Of a stretch of DNA of 56,260 nucleotides, positions 26,606 to 36,824 are shown piece after piece. A program made the translations under genes and the position numbers. The first letter of the stretch is position 1. Every line of letters starts with the position of its first letter. The notes under the pieces were generated by a model. It had not been told where the DNA came from and did not search any database. It saw only the letters and a list, made by a program, of their open reading frames with translations. This DNA is from a phage. The stretch lies in sequence record PX583170.1. One strand, given 5' to 3'.

Positions 26606-28643
26606 AAACAAAGAGAACGAATCAATGTCAAAGACTGATGACCTCGGACCGGAGTTTAATGATACAGTAGCCTCGTATCTTGCCAAGCACTACGGTGACG
26701 TATTAAAAGTCTCAAGAGAAAGATTCTGTATTCTATCTTTGCCATTGCTCCGTCGATATATTTCAGAAAATACTGCAATAGTTGACAGCTATGAAGAACA
26801 AATTCAAGCAGAGTTAGAAGGCCAGGGTCTTGAAAACGATGCTGTATTGCGTTCCGTTTTCAGAGCACAACTTGAGCGTCTTCGCTCTGGCGACAAGAAA
26901 GACTCGACTGCCTATGCAGATGAGTTGAAGAAAGGTATTCAAGCAGGTGTTACTGACCGTGTTGCAGGTTCCACATTAGAGGAGCCAAACTCGGAGCATG
27001 ATAACACCGAGGAACTTGTAGACAAGATTCTGCATGACCCACACAATGTGGACCCAACTGTAATCCCTGCCAAGGTTGCAGAGCGTGTTCGCAAAATCTT
27101 GATGAAAAGTTTCGAAGCCTTTGGTAAATGGCAGTTCCATATTCAGATGGGATTTCCATTTCAAGCACAAGACTTTCACGATGTAATATTCAGTGTTGGT
27201 CAAAAGGTTGTTGATGGTGAGATTGACCGCTTAATAGTGACCATTCCTCCACGACACTCTAAGACTCAGCTCATGAGTATTGCATTGCCCTTGTATTCAT
27301 TTTGCCACAATGAATCAAGCCATAACATTATCACCTCGTATGCAGAAGACGTTGTTCTTGAATCGAGTGGCTACATCCGTGCTGTAATGATGGACCCACT
27401 ATTCCAACGCATATTCCCTAAGGTGAGAATCGACCCTAACAAACGTTCTCTTGAACGCTGGGGTACAACCAAAGCTGGAGTTATGCACGCAGTACCTACT
27501 GGTGGTAAGCTAACTGGTAAAGGTGCTGGACTTCTTGTTGCAAAATACTCCGGCTGTTTCGTGGTGGATGACGTTATCAAACCAAAAGATGCCTACTCTG
27601 ACACAGTTCGAGCAGAAATCAACGACAGATTTGATAACACCTTTATGTCCCGTCTTGCCAACGATGGTTGCATAACTGATTCGTACGGAAACCAAATCAA
27701 GTGTGCCCGTACACCAATGGTTATTATCATGCAGCGAGTCCATGACCAGGATTTAGTTGGTTACATACTCCGTGGCGGCTCTTCCGACAAATACCATTAT
27801 CTCAATATCCCAGCGATTATTGAGAAAGGAGTTGGAAGTGCTGAATGGTATGATAAGTTAATCAAGAAGCAGAACTACACTCATGCTATTCCCATTCTGT
27901 ATAATTTGAACAGGAAGGAAGAGAAGTCTGCATTATGGCCTTCACGTAAGAGTTTAGAATCTCTGGAGGCAATGAAAGAGTCTAACCCATACACGTACAA
28001 TTCACAGTATGCTGGCGACCCATCTGCACAAGGCCACGGCCTTATCAAAGAAGATTGGTGGCAAGAGTATGAACCAGACGTTTTCGACAGAAGTCGCATA
28101 GTCAGAAGTTTTATTACAGCGGATACGGCATCAACTGCCAAATCTTATTCTGATTATTCGGTCCTTAAGCATTGGGGCGTGACTAAAGAGCGTGATGTTT
28201 ATTGCTTAGATATTATGCTCGGTAAGTTTGAAACTCCAGAACTCAAGACTGCTATCATCGACTTCTGGAACAAATGCAACAAGTTGGATTTGAAGTGTGT
28301 AGGTTGTATTCCTCGTGCACTGTACATGGAAGACAAGTCTGCTGGACAATTCTTGAACCAACAATTTATTAGAGATGGGAGTGTCCGAGTTTTACCGCTG
28401 CCTCGTGACGGCATTAATGGTAATGACAAGGTAACTCGATTCCTTAACGCAATCCCATATTTCTCGCAAAAGAGAATATTCTTCCCCGCTGGTCATGAAC
28501 ACATTGACCATGTTAGACGTGAAATACTTGGATTCACTTCTTTGGGTAGTGGTACTGGACACGACGATTGCGTCGATAACGTTTCAGATATGGTTGCAAT
28601 CGAATTCTCTGGCCCAAGTGCCAACTACTCCGCATGGATGTAA
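26598..28643 (+). CDS. Terminase large subunit
   Basis: Deviant Walker A PPRHSKT (compare T4 gp17 SRQLGKT), Walker B CFVVDDV, C-terminal Asp motifs ITADTAS and HDDCVDNVSDM. Confidence 0.65.
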   Translation: MIKNKENESMSKTDDLGPEFNDTVASYLAKHYGDVLKVSRERFCILSLPLLRRYISENTAIVDSYEEQIQAELEGQGLENDAVLRSVFRAQLERLRSGDKKDSTAYADELKKGIQAGVTDRVAGSTLEEPNSEHDNTEELVDKILHDPHNVDPTVIPAKVAERVRKILMKSFEAFGKWQFHIQMGFPFQAQDFHDVIFSVGQKVVDGEIDRLIVTIPPRHSKTQLMSIALPLYSFCHNESSHNIITSYAEDVVLESSGYIRAVMMDPLFQRIFPKVRIDPNKRSLERWGTTKAGVMHAVPTGGKLTGKGAGLLVAKYSGCFVVDDVIKPKDAYSDTVRAEINDRFDNTFMSRLANDGCITDSYGNQIKCARTPMVIIMQRVHDQDLVGYILRGGSSDKYHYLNIPAIIEKGVGSAEWYDKLIKKQNYTHAIPILYNLNRKEEKSALWPSRKSLESLEAMKESNPYTYNSQYAGDPSAQGHGLIKEDWWQEYEPDVFDRSRIVRSFITADTASTAKSYSDYSVLKHWGVTKERDVYCLDIMLGKFETPELKTAIIDFWNKCNKLDLKCVGCIPRALYMEDKSAGQFLNQQFIRDGSVRVLPLPRDGINGNDKVTRFLNAIPYFSQKRIFFPAGHEHIDHVRREILGFTSLGSGTGHDDCVDNVSDMVAIEFSGPSANYSAWM

Positions 28644-28857
28644 ATATGGCGGTTATCACTCGATTAGATGCCCGCTCACGCAAGAACAATTCCTTCCAGA
28701 TTCAAGATTTGGAAGGAAACATTTTGTGCGTGGTTGAGGCAGTTTCTACCACAGAGAGCGACTGTGTTAAGTTAAAGCACGAGTCAAATCTGCGACTCCA
28801 CACCTCCGACAGCATTCAAATTGTTAAGGGTAATGGAACTGTTCTAAGGAAGAAATA

Positions 28858-30466
28858 ATGACTTCCAAGAAGAAAAACAATCTCTCTGTTAAAGTTGCAG
28901 ATGGGTTAGAAAACCTTGTAACGGGGTTGGGCGGTCAGGCAGATAAGTCCACTTTTAACCAGTGGACTTTCTCAAACAAGAACGCGAACTATCGCGAACT
29001 TATGAACCGCTTCCGTGAGGACTGGGTTGCACAGAAAGTGTGTACCGTCATTCCTCAAGATATGACGCGTAAGTGGCGGCATATTGATACCGAAGAAGGA
29101 CGCAAAGCGGATAAGAAACTTCGTATTCGTAAGCTGTTCCGTGAGGCGTATCAATGGGCCAGGTTGTATGGTACTTCGTTTGTTCTGCTCGACCGCGAAC
29201 TTATGAACCGCTTCCGTGAGGACTGGGTTGCACAGAAAGTGTGTACCGTCATTCCTCAAGATATGACGCGTAAGTGGCGGCATATTGATACCGAAGAAGG
29301 ACGCAAAGCGGATAAGAAACTTCGTATTCGTAAGCTGTTCCGTGACTCAAGATATGACGCGTAAGTGGCGGCATATTGATACCGAAGAAGGACGCAAAGC
29401 GGATAAGAAACTTCGTATTCGTAAGCTGTTCCGTGAGGCGTATCAATGGGCCAGGTTGTATGGTACTTCGTTTGTTCTGCTCGACCTAAAAGGTACGGGC
29501 AAACTTGATACACCATTGCGACTGGATAACTTGAAGACTGGATGTATTAAATCCATGAGAGTTATTGACCGCTCACGCTTATTTGCCGCAGGGACTATGG
29601 TTCTGGACCCTTTGAGTCCTCACTATGGTTTGCCAGAGTATTACACTTTGGCTGGGTATCCCGGCTATATCCACTACACTCGTTTCCTTCGGTTCGAGGG
29701 TACTGAACTGCCGCTGTTCGAATTCCAACGCAACATGTGGTATTCTGATTCGGTACTTATTCCACTGCTGAAAACGATTGACCAATTCTACACAACTGCC
29801 GCTGCTGCTGCCAGCCTTGCCCAAGAAGCCACTATTGATGTGGTAACTGTTGAAGGCTTACAATCTCTGCTTACATCACCGGAAGGTGAAGCTGCTGTGA
29901 TGAAGCGCTTCAAACTCATGAAGCTGGCAAAGAGTATTTATAACGTCTTAATTCTCGACAATACGGAGAAGTATGACACCAAGTCAATTGCACTATCTGG
30001 TGTGAAAGATTTGATTTGGGAATACTTGAAGATAGTTGCTGCCGCAGTTGGTATTCCGGCTACACGTTTCCTTTCTGCATCTCCAGACGGTATGAATGCT
30101 ACGGGCGAATCTGACCTCGTAAACTATATCGACTTGTTGACTGGCTTGCAGACTTCTGTGTTCGACCCTCGTTTAGATGTGGTAGACAAGATTGTCCAGG
30201 CGCACTTTGGCATTGAAGAATATAACTACGAATGGTTAGATATCTTCCCTGAATCCAATGTTGAGAAAGCGAAGCGAGCTAAAGATTTGGCATTTGCTGT
30301 TGACCTGCTGGTTAACAACGGTACTATTACTACCGAAGTTGCAAACGAAGTCATGTTCCATTCGGGCGTGTTCGGAACTTGTGACCTTGGCAAACCAAAT
30401 CCTAATCCTCCTAACATCCAAAAGGGTAACGCAAGTGAAGCAAAACCAAAACCTGGTTCAGCTTAA
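28858..30466 (+). pseudogene. Putative portal gene split into two ORFs (28858..29364 and 29285..30466) by a scrambled tandem duplication
   Basis: Removing 29194..29485 (292 bp) gives one continuous 438-codon ORF; portal call is by position after TerL only. Confidence 0.5.
28993..29485. repeat. Scrambled tandem duplication: full 201-bp unit, then two partial copies
   Basis: Unit 28993..29193; copy 29194..29345 matches unit bases 1-152; copy 29346..29485 matches unit bases 62-201. Confidence 0.9.
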
Positions 30467-30479
30467 CGACGAAGATACC

Positions 30480-31499
30480 GTGAATGAAGTAGTTTTGTTG
30501 AACGACAAGGCTACTTTAACGACCCGTCGTTTACGTGACTCTGGCGAAATGATTGCAGAATGCACCATCGCCCGTACCGGCATCATGCTGTACAAGGCGA
30601 AAGAACTTGGTGAAATTGCAAAACATCTAGACCCAGAATCTATTTGCCGTGTTCGTACCAAGCCGGAAGTATTATTTGACGAAGCAACCATCGAAGGCTG
30701 TCGTTCAATTCCGGTTACTATCGGCCATCCGAAAAATGATGTTAACATCAAGAACAACAAAGAACTCCAGAAAGGGTTCATCGAAGGGCGTCCAGTTGCA
30801 GACGGTTCTTTCTTGGCTGCATCAATCGTTTTGAATGACGAGCAAGCTATTCGATTAGTTGATTCTGGTGTTGACCAAATCTCCTTGGGCCATAATGCTG
30901 AACTGGCTGTATCAGAAGATGATGAAGCTGACTTCGATAAAGTTCGCATTATCCCCAACCATGCTGCAATTGTTGTTCGTGGTCGTGCTCAGACTACTCG
31001 CATTGGTGACTCTGGTGAAGAGATTGCCATTGTTGATAAGGCAACCTTTGACGTTGTTGAAGCAGAGCGTGATGCAGCGCTTGACAAGATTAGTGTCCTT
31101 GAGCAGAAACTTGCTGATGCAGAAACTGCACGACTATCCGATGAAGCCATTCAGGCTGAGGTAGACAAACGTGTAGTTGCTCGTACAGCATTGCTTGTTG
31201 ATGTGGCCCGTCTTGGCGACGAGTTCTCCAACCTAGATTTCTCCGGCAAGACCGATGCAGAAATTAAGTTGGCTGTAGTTAATAAATTGCATGACAAGGA
31301 TTTCAGCGATAAGAGCGAAGACTATATCTCCGCCCGTTTCGATGCAGCTCTTGAAGATTGCGATTCCATTACTTTGGGAGATGCCCTGAATCAGTCTATG
31401 CAATTTTCTGCTAAGAAAGATTCAGAAGCTCGTAAACCTAAAGTTTCTATTTCCGAAGAAGCTAACAAACGTCGTTTAGAACGCTTCAACTCTTTATAA
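30480..31499 (+). CDS. Putative prohead scaffold and/or protease (GTG 30480; ATG 30549 alternative; ORF opens at 30258)
   Basis: Position between portal and capsid genes; coiled-coil-like DAALDKISVLEQKLADAETARL. Confidence 0.4.
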   Translation: MNEVVLLNDKATLTTRRLRDSGEMIAECTIARTGIMLYKAKELGEIAKHLDPESICRVRTKPEVLFDEATIEGCRSIPVTIGHPKNDVNIKNNKELQKGFIEGRPVADGSFLAASIVLNDEQAIRLVDSGVDQISLGHNAELAVSEDDEADFDKVRIIPNHAAIVVRGRAQTTRIGDSGEEIAIVDKATFDVVEAERDAALDKISVLEQKLADAETARLSDEAIQAEVDKRVVARTALLVDVARLGDEFSNLDFSGKTDAEIKLAVVNKLHDKDFSDKSEDYISARFDAALEDCDSITLGDALNQSMQFSAKKDSEARKPKVSISEEANKRRLERFNSL

Positions 31500-31508
31500 G
31501 GTAAGACA

Positions 31509-31982
31509 ATGCCAAAGCAAGATTGGTCTATTAATACTGGTGAAGCATATGCAGGTGAACAATATGGCCTGGCTACCACCAACTCTCAGCGCCTGACTTA
31601 CGTTGCCGAAGAAGAAATGGCAAACTTTGGTCTGGCTGTTGTTCAAGGCACGGCCTCTAATCAGGTTAAACCTGGTATTGAAGCTGATGGCACTGTTCTG
31701 GGCATTACTATGCGCCAGCTTAACATCGAATCTGCCACCCGCCCTGGTGACGGCACTGTTGCTATTAAAGTTGGCTGGCCTCTGGGCGTTATGCTGTCTG
31801 GCCCAATCATGGTCAAACTGGTAACTGCAATCACTGATAAAGACATTGGCGTATCTGCCACTGGTCAATTTGGTGGCGTTGGTGCTGGTTATACTAAAGC
31901 AACCAACCTGACTGCCCTGCGTTATCCGGCTTCCGCTGGTGATGTTGTCCCGGTCATGATTAACGTAGTCCCAAAGCCGTAA
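31509..31982 (+). CDS. Head-region structural protein (157 aa) carrying a slippery site at its 3' end
   Basis: SD aaggtaa; ends MINVVPKP*. Confidence 0.55.
   Translation: MPKQDWSINTGEAYAGEQYGLATTNSQRLTYVAEEEMANFGLAVVQGTASNQVKPGIEADGTVLGITMRQLNIESATRPGDGTVAIKVGWPLGVMLSGPIMVKLVTAITDKDIGVSATGQFGGVGAGYTKATNLTALRYPASAGDVVPVMINVVPKP
31970..31976 (+). other. Candidate -1 ribosomal frameshift heptamer C_CCA_AAG
   Basis: X_XXY_YYZ in the zero frame; the -1 frame is open from 31964 to 32557. Confidence 0.5.
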
Positions 31983-32557
31983 CGCCACCTCCAGCTCCTA
32001 CAGTATCTGCTGTTGCAGGGGCTGTAACTGCGGACGCATCTGCCTCTGATGCAACTGTAACTGTAGACAAACTGTTTAAGTTTGAGAACTCTGCGGCAAC
32101 AGATTATAACTTCGCTGTTACACCTCCCGTGACTGGTGTTTCTGTGGCGGCAAACGGCACTGTGACTGTACTCAGTGCAACGACTACAGCCACTTCTGCG
32201 ACAATCAAGGCAACAAATAAAACAGAGTCTGGCGTAACTGCATCCAAACAGATTACGATTAAGCCTAAGCCTCCTGCACCTACGGTGTCTGCTGTAGATG
32301 GAGTTGTAACGGCTGATGCGTCTTCTACTGATGCCACTGTAACTGTGGACAAACTGTTTAAGTTTGGTAACTCTACAGCAACAGACTACACCTACGCTAT
32401 TACGCCTCCTGTGACTGGCGTTTCTGTGGCTGCAAATGGTACTGTAACCGTCTTAAATGAGACAACTACCGATACCTCTGCCACGGCTAAGGCAACAAAC
32501 AAAACAACCTCCAGCGTGACTGCAACTAAAGAGATTGCTATTACGCCGAAGTCTTAA
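31976..32557 (+). CDS. Two tandem Ig-like (Big_2-like) domains in the -1 frame, reachable only by frameshifting
   Basis: No ATG/GTG/TTG between 31964 and 32128 in this frame; repeat unit PPAPTVSAV...VTGVSVAANGTVTVL...KATNKT occurs twice. Confidence 0.5.
   Translation, partial: AVTPPPAPTVSAVAGAVTADASASDATVTVDKLFKFENSAATDYNFAVTPPVTGVSVAANGTVTVLSATTTATSATIKATNKTESGVTASKQITIKPKPPAPTVSAVDGVVTADASSTDATVTVDKLFKFGNSTATDYTYAITPPVTGVSVAANGTVTVLNETTTDTSATAKATNKTTSSVTATKEIAITPKS
31988..32554. repeat. Diverged tandem duplication, 2 x 282 bp, encoding the two Ig-like domains
   Basis: Protein repeats start at 31988 and 32270; ~80% nt identity by eye. Confidence 0.7.
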
Positions 32558-32612
32558 GTTGTGATGGCGCAATTAATAGTTGCGCCTCACCAAACAAAAC
32601 GGATTAATTTAC

Positions 32613-33620
32613 ATGCCTAAGATGATTAAACTGGCGGACGGTTCTGAATTCGAACTGAACGACGCTATCACCCGTATTCAGGATTCTGGCACTGTTGTCC
32701 TGAATGACGACGATGCAGTATTCTTTCAACGCCAGCTTGAGTACATTGAAGCTCAAACTTACGACACTCTGTATCCAGAACTGGAAGCTCGTGCTGCTTT
32801 CGGTGTGGACACTACTGGTGGTGCTGGCGTAAACACTCTGACCTACCGTTCTTACAACCATGTTGGTAAAGCTCAGGTAATTAACGCCCGTGCAACCGAC
32901 CTGCCGAAGTCCAGCATTTCTGGTAAAGAATACAGTATCCCTGTTAAATCTGTTGGTACTGCATTCGACTACGATATTGATGAAGTGGCATCCGCTGCTG
33001 TTACTGGCCTCCCGCTGGAAACTCGTAAAGCAAATGCTGCTATTCGTGGTTACGAACAGTATGTTAACTCTGCTGCATGGTACGGCGATAAAGCTAACGG
33101 CTTTGTTGGCTTCTTCGAAAACCCAGACATTACTAAAGCAACTGTTGCTGCTGGTGCTGGTGGTTCTACCAAGTGGGCCGAGAAGACTCCGACCGAAGTT
33201 ATTGCTGACCTGACCACTGCTGTGTCTGCAATGTATGCCTCCACTCTGAAAATCATGCGCCCGGACGAAATCTGGATGCCTGTTGAGCATGAGCAGTACA
33301 TCTTCAACACTGCACGTTCTGAGCAGTCTGATAAGACGATTGGTCAATTCTTCATTGACAACAACCAGTTCATCAACTCCCGCGATAAAATCAAGGGTCT
33401 GAACGCAATCAAAGGTCACGGCGATGCTGGCTCTGATTGCTTCGTTGTTGTTTGCCGCAATGCAATGGGCAACCGCACTTTCCGTCTGCGTGAACCTCTG
33501 CCGCTGACCTGGCAACCAGTACAACTTCATGGTCTGGTTTATGAAGTTCCTGGCCGTGGTCGTTTCGCTGGCTTCCAAGCGATGTATCCGGCAGCAATCT
33601 CCATCAACTCCGGCATCTGA
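32613..33620 (+). CDS. Putative major capsid protein (ORF opens at TTG 32580)
   Basis: Position downstream of terminase, portal and scaffold; ~340 aa; head-completion-size genes follow. Confidence 0.5.
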   Translation: MPKMIKLADGSEFELNDAITRIQDSGTVVLNDDDAVFFQRQLEYIEAQTYDTLYPELEARAAFGVDTTGGAGVNTLTYRSYNHVGKAQVINARATDLPKSSISGKEYSIPVKSVGTAFDYDIDEVASAAVTGLPLETRKANAAIRGYEQYVNSAAWYGDKANGFVGFFENPDITKATVAAGAGGSTKWAEKTPTEVIADLTTAVSAMYASTLKIMRPDEIWMPVEHEQYIFNTARSEQSDKTIGQFFIDNNQFINSRDKIKGLNAIKGHGDAGSDCFVVVCRNAMGNRTFRLREPLPLTWQPVQLHGLVYEVPGRGRFAGFQAMYPAAISINSGI

Positions 33621-33666
33621 TAAATAGGGCGGGACTGTTCTCGCCCATAACTTAAGAGAAATAGTA

Positions 33667-34107
33667 ATGCAGATTAAGAACAACGAATCACGCAACCTTC
33701 AATTCTTCTTCTACAAGAAGGGAAAGTCTGGCAAAGCCGAACTGGACTTTGTTCACATTCCTGGTGGCGCAACTGTAGAAATCGACGATGAAATCTACAA
33801 ATCTCTTACGGCATCTCTGACGGAAGTTGAAGAACTGCGCGAAGAAGTGGTTCCGCTTGATGACGAGAATATCGGTGCTTCTGTTAAGACCGGTAAAGAA
33901 GCTCTTGTCATTAAAGAGTATTACAGCACTGGCAAAACTCGCAAAGTCAACCTGGTTAAAGAAGCAATCAAAGCTGGTTCTCTTACCATTGTTGAACGTG
34001 TGAAAGTTGGTATGCCTGACATTGATGCTATTCTGACTAAGAATGGTATTGATATTAAGGGTATGCCGGAAGACGTTAAACTGGCACTCTACGATAAGTT
34101 GGCGTAA
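33667..34107 (+). CDS. Hypothetical virion-associated protein (146 aa)
   Basis: Position in head/neck module. Confidence 0.4.
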   Translation: MQIKNNESRNLQFFFYKKGKSGKAELDFVHIPGGATVEIDDEIYKSLTASLTEVEELREEVVPLDDENIGASVKTGKEALVIKEYYSTGKTRKVNLVKEAIKAGSLTIVERVKVGMPDIDAILTKNGIDIKGMPEDVKLALYDKLA

Positions 34108-34497
34108 ATGATAACACTGACCGATTTGGTTAAACGTTATCCGGCAATGGCTGACATGACCCCAGAGCGTTTTGATATTCTAGTTGAAGATGCGAAACTC
34201 ATTATGGGGACAATCGAATCGCGTTGGTGTGGGTTTTATGACCCAGCTATGGCATCACTAATAGCGCATTGGTCTGCAACAATTGATGACCTAATGCCTG
34301 GTGATGCCGCAATGCCAGCTATGCCTGTTAGTCGTACCGATGTGGACGATGTTCAGGTAGAGTTTAGCGACCGAATCATCTCAACAATTCCATATGTTGA
34401 AGCTGATTTCATGTCTACTGTGTACGGTCAACGTTACTTGCAATGGCGGCGAATGGCATTTGCTGGGCCGAGGGTTAGCCCTGGGTCGCAGTTTTGA
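34108..34497 (+). CDS. Putative head-tail connector / completion protein
   Basis: TAAATG junction; position. Confidence 0.4.
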   Translation: MITLTDLVKRYPAMADMTPERFDILVEDAKLIMGTIESRWCGFYDPAMASLIAHWSATIDDLMPGDAAMPAMPVSRTDVDDVQVEFSDRIISTIPYVEADFMSTVYGQRYLQWRRMAFAGPRVSPGSQF

Positions 34498-34856
34498 TTA
34501 ACCAGCGTCGAGCATTTAACCGCTACACAACCACTCGTATGTATCTTGAGGTATATCAAGAAGGTTACTACGATGACAAAAATAATTGGGTTGGTGATTC
34601 ATATGCTCCAAAGAAACCCATCCGATGTACTCCCATACCTTATGGTGACAGGGATTCTGGCGTAAGCGGCCAATCGCTTAAGGCTACAGAAGTCGGAGAG
34701 CGCCAACCTGCATTCATGCAAGTACATTCCCGAACTGAAATGCCGATGAAGTCTATCCTTACTATCTACGGCCTTCGTTATAAAGTTATTTCTGTTTCTG
34801 ACTACAAGGCAGCTGGGTTCTTTGAAGTCATTGCTGCTAAGGAGTTAGAGAAATGA
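34494..34856 (+). CDS. Putative head-tail joining protein
   Basis: Overlapping start/stop; position. Confidence 0.4.
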   Translation: MINQRRAFNRYTTTRMYLEVYQEGYYDDKNNWVGDSYAPKKPIRCTPIPYGDRDSGVSGQSLKATEVGERQPAFMQVHSRTEMPMKSILTIYGLRYKVISVSDYKAAGFFEVIAAKELEK

Positions 34857-35365
34857 TTTACGATGAAGATATTCAGGCGATGAAGGATATTGTGGACGTC
34901 TGCGTTGGCGTCCCGCGCTTCTCCTATGAGATGCAAGTAAACGCACCTCGACCATCTGAAAACTATGCCGCAATAAAGTGCGTGTCGTCAGTTAATCCGG
35001 GCTTTGACGAAACTCGAATCGAAGTCCGAAATGGTGAGGAAGTATTTGTTACGAGAGGGATTCGAATCTTAACCTTCTATATTCTCTTCTCACGTCGTGG
35101 GAGTGAGTATGTTAAGTTTGACAACTCCTTCTTCCGTCCAGATGTTCAGGCTATGCTTAAGAGCAAAGGCTTTGCAACACTTGACAAAAATCCACTGAAT
35201 CTTGCCTCGTTAACTCTTGAGACAAATTGGGAATTCCGAGAAGGAATCCAAATTAAATTCAATGTTCTTCGTGAAGACGTAATGAATATTGGAACAATGT
35301 CTGACGCCAGTGTTGGCGGCAAATTCTATGATGGTGGTGAACCCATCTTAATTAAGGGAATCTAA
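34853..35365 (+). CDS. Putative tail completion / neck protein
   Basis: ATGA overlap; position. Confidence 0.4.
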   Translation: MIYDEDIQAMKDIVDVCVGVPRFSYEMQVNAPRPSENYAAIKCVSSVNPGFDETRIEVRNGEEVFVTRGIRILTFYILFSRRGSEYVKFDNSFFRPDVQAMLKSKGFATLDKNPLNLASLTLETNWEFREGIQIKFNVLREDVMNIGTMSDASVGGKFYDGGEPILIKGI

Positions 35366-36814
35366 ATGGCAATTCCAATTTCCGATATCATCCAGGTCAA
35401 CATCGCGGTATCCCCTAACGCTGTTGCCGTGGAAGGTTTTGGTCCGCTACTGTTCTTGAGCAAGCAGTTTGTTCCAGCACCAGGTGAACGTGTTCCTGTT
35501 CGCCAGTATTCCAGCATGGCTGCTGTTTCTGCCGATTTCCCATCTGGTGAAATCTACCAAGCTGCTTTGGCATGGTACTCTCAGAAACCGACTCCGAAGT
35601 ATTTCCTCGTGGGTGCTATCACTCATGAAGATGTTACTCCGGCAACTCCAGGCACTGTTACTGCATCTGCTGCTGCAACTCTGGGAACTATCACTGCGCT
35701 TACTAACGGTGTGCTGTCTATTAACGTTGATGGTGTAGACTATTCTACGGCCCCAATCAACTTCTCTTCGGCCTCTGACTTTGATGCTGCTGCCTCTATG
35801 GCAAACGCTGCACTGGTTGCTGCGGGTATTCCCGTAACCATGACTCATAGCGAAGGCACCTTTAAAGTTGTGACCGAGTCTAAAGGCTCTAACTCCATTA
35901 TCGGTGATGTATACGGCTCTGCTGCTCCAGCATTCGAACTTGATGCAGATTCAAGTCCGGTATATGTGCATGGCACTGATGAAGTATCTGTAGGAACAGA
36001 CCTGAACGCAATCTTGAACTCGACGTTCAACTTCTTCTTCGTTGCAATCGACCGCAAATATCGTGGCAGTGCTGCTGGCAATGTTCAAATGACTGTTGCC
36101 AAGTGGGCAGAAGCAAACGAGAAAGTGTTTGGCTGGGCTGACAGTGATAAACAGATTCTGGTTGCTGGTGCTGAATCTAGCTTCAAGCGGGCTAAAGAGC
36201 AGAATCTACAGCGCACCCTGCTGGTGTATGATGCTTCCGACAATGGCGACGAATATCCAGAGATTTCTATCCTGGGTCGTGCATCTACTGTTAACTTCAA
36301 CGTTGCAAACTCCTCGCTCGTTCTGGCGTTTAAGCAAGGTCCAGCTATCAAGACTGCTGACTTGTCCCCGAACCAGCTTGCTGCACTTGAGCGTGTTAAC
36401 GGTAACGCATTCATCAACGTTGGTGGGAACACTATGTTCTACAACGGCAAGATGGCTGACGGTACTTGGTTCGATACCGTGCAGGGTGTTTCTTGGCTAA
36501 CCTCCAAGATTCGTGCTAACGTGTTCAACCTGTTCTACACTTCCACTACCAAGATTCCTTGGACGGACACTGGTGTTGCACTGGTGAACCAGCAAGTAAC
36601 CCTGGCTCTGGAACTGGCAGTGACCAATGGTCTGATTGCTCCAGGTTACGACAATGAAGGCAACTTCTATCCTGATGGTTACAAAGTCTTGTCTACTGAC
36701 TTGGCTCTGATGCAATCTCAGAAAGGTGCTCGTATCTGGGAAGGCACTTCCTTCATTGCAATTGGCTCTGGCGCATTACAGGGTGCAGTTATCTCTGGCA
36801 ACTTCGTTCAGTAA
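35366..36814 (+). CDS. Putative tail sheath (or major tail) protein
   Basis: 482 aa directly upstream of a ~150-aa tube-size gene, a chaperone and the tape measure gene. Confidence 0.45.
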   Translation: MAIPISDIIQVNIAVSPNAVAVEGFGPLLFLSKQFVPAPGERVPVRQYSSMAAVSADFPSGEIYQAALAWYSQKPTPKYFLVGAITHEDVTPATPGTVTASAAATLGTITALTNGVLSINVDGVDYSTAPINFSSASDFDAAASMANAALVAAGIPVTMTHSEGTFKVVTESKGSNSIIGDVYGSAAPAFELDADSSPVYVHGTDEVSVGTDLNAILNSTFNFFFVAIDRKYRGSAAGNVQMTVAKWAEANEKVFGWADSDKQILVAGAESSFKRAKEQNLQRTLLVYDASDNGDEYPEISILGRASTVNFNVANSSLVLAFKQGPAIKTADLSPNQLAALERVNGNAFINVGGNTMFYNGKMADGTWFDTVQGVSWLTSKIRANVFNLFYTSTTKIPWTDTGVALVNQQVTLALELAVTNGLIAPGYDNEGNFYPDGYKVLSTDLALMQSQKGARIWEGTSFIAIGSGALQGAVISGNFVQ

Positions 36815-36824
36815 GGTGCGATAA

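Noticed and set aside
31494-31988. 164-aa - strand ORF and other - strand ORFs of 60-190 aa across the genome
   Set aside because: All lie antisense within + strand genes, lack RBSs and recognisable motifs, and none is preceded by a promoter-motif copy on the - strand.
32604-33695. 363-aa ORF on the - strand
   Set aside because: Antisense to the putative major capsid gene in a genome whose credible genes are all on the + strand; no RBS; read as a chance open frame.
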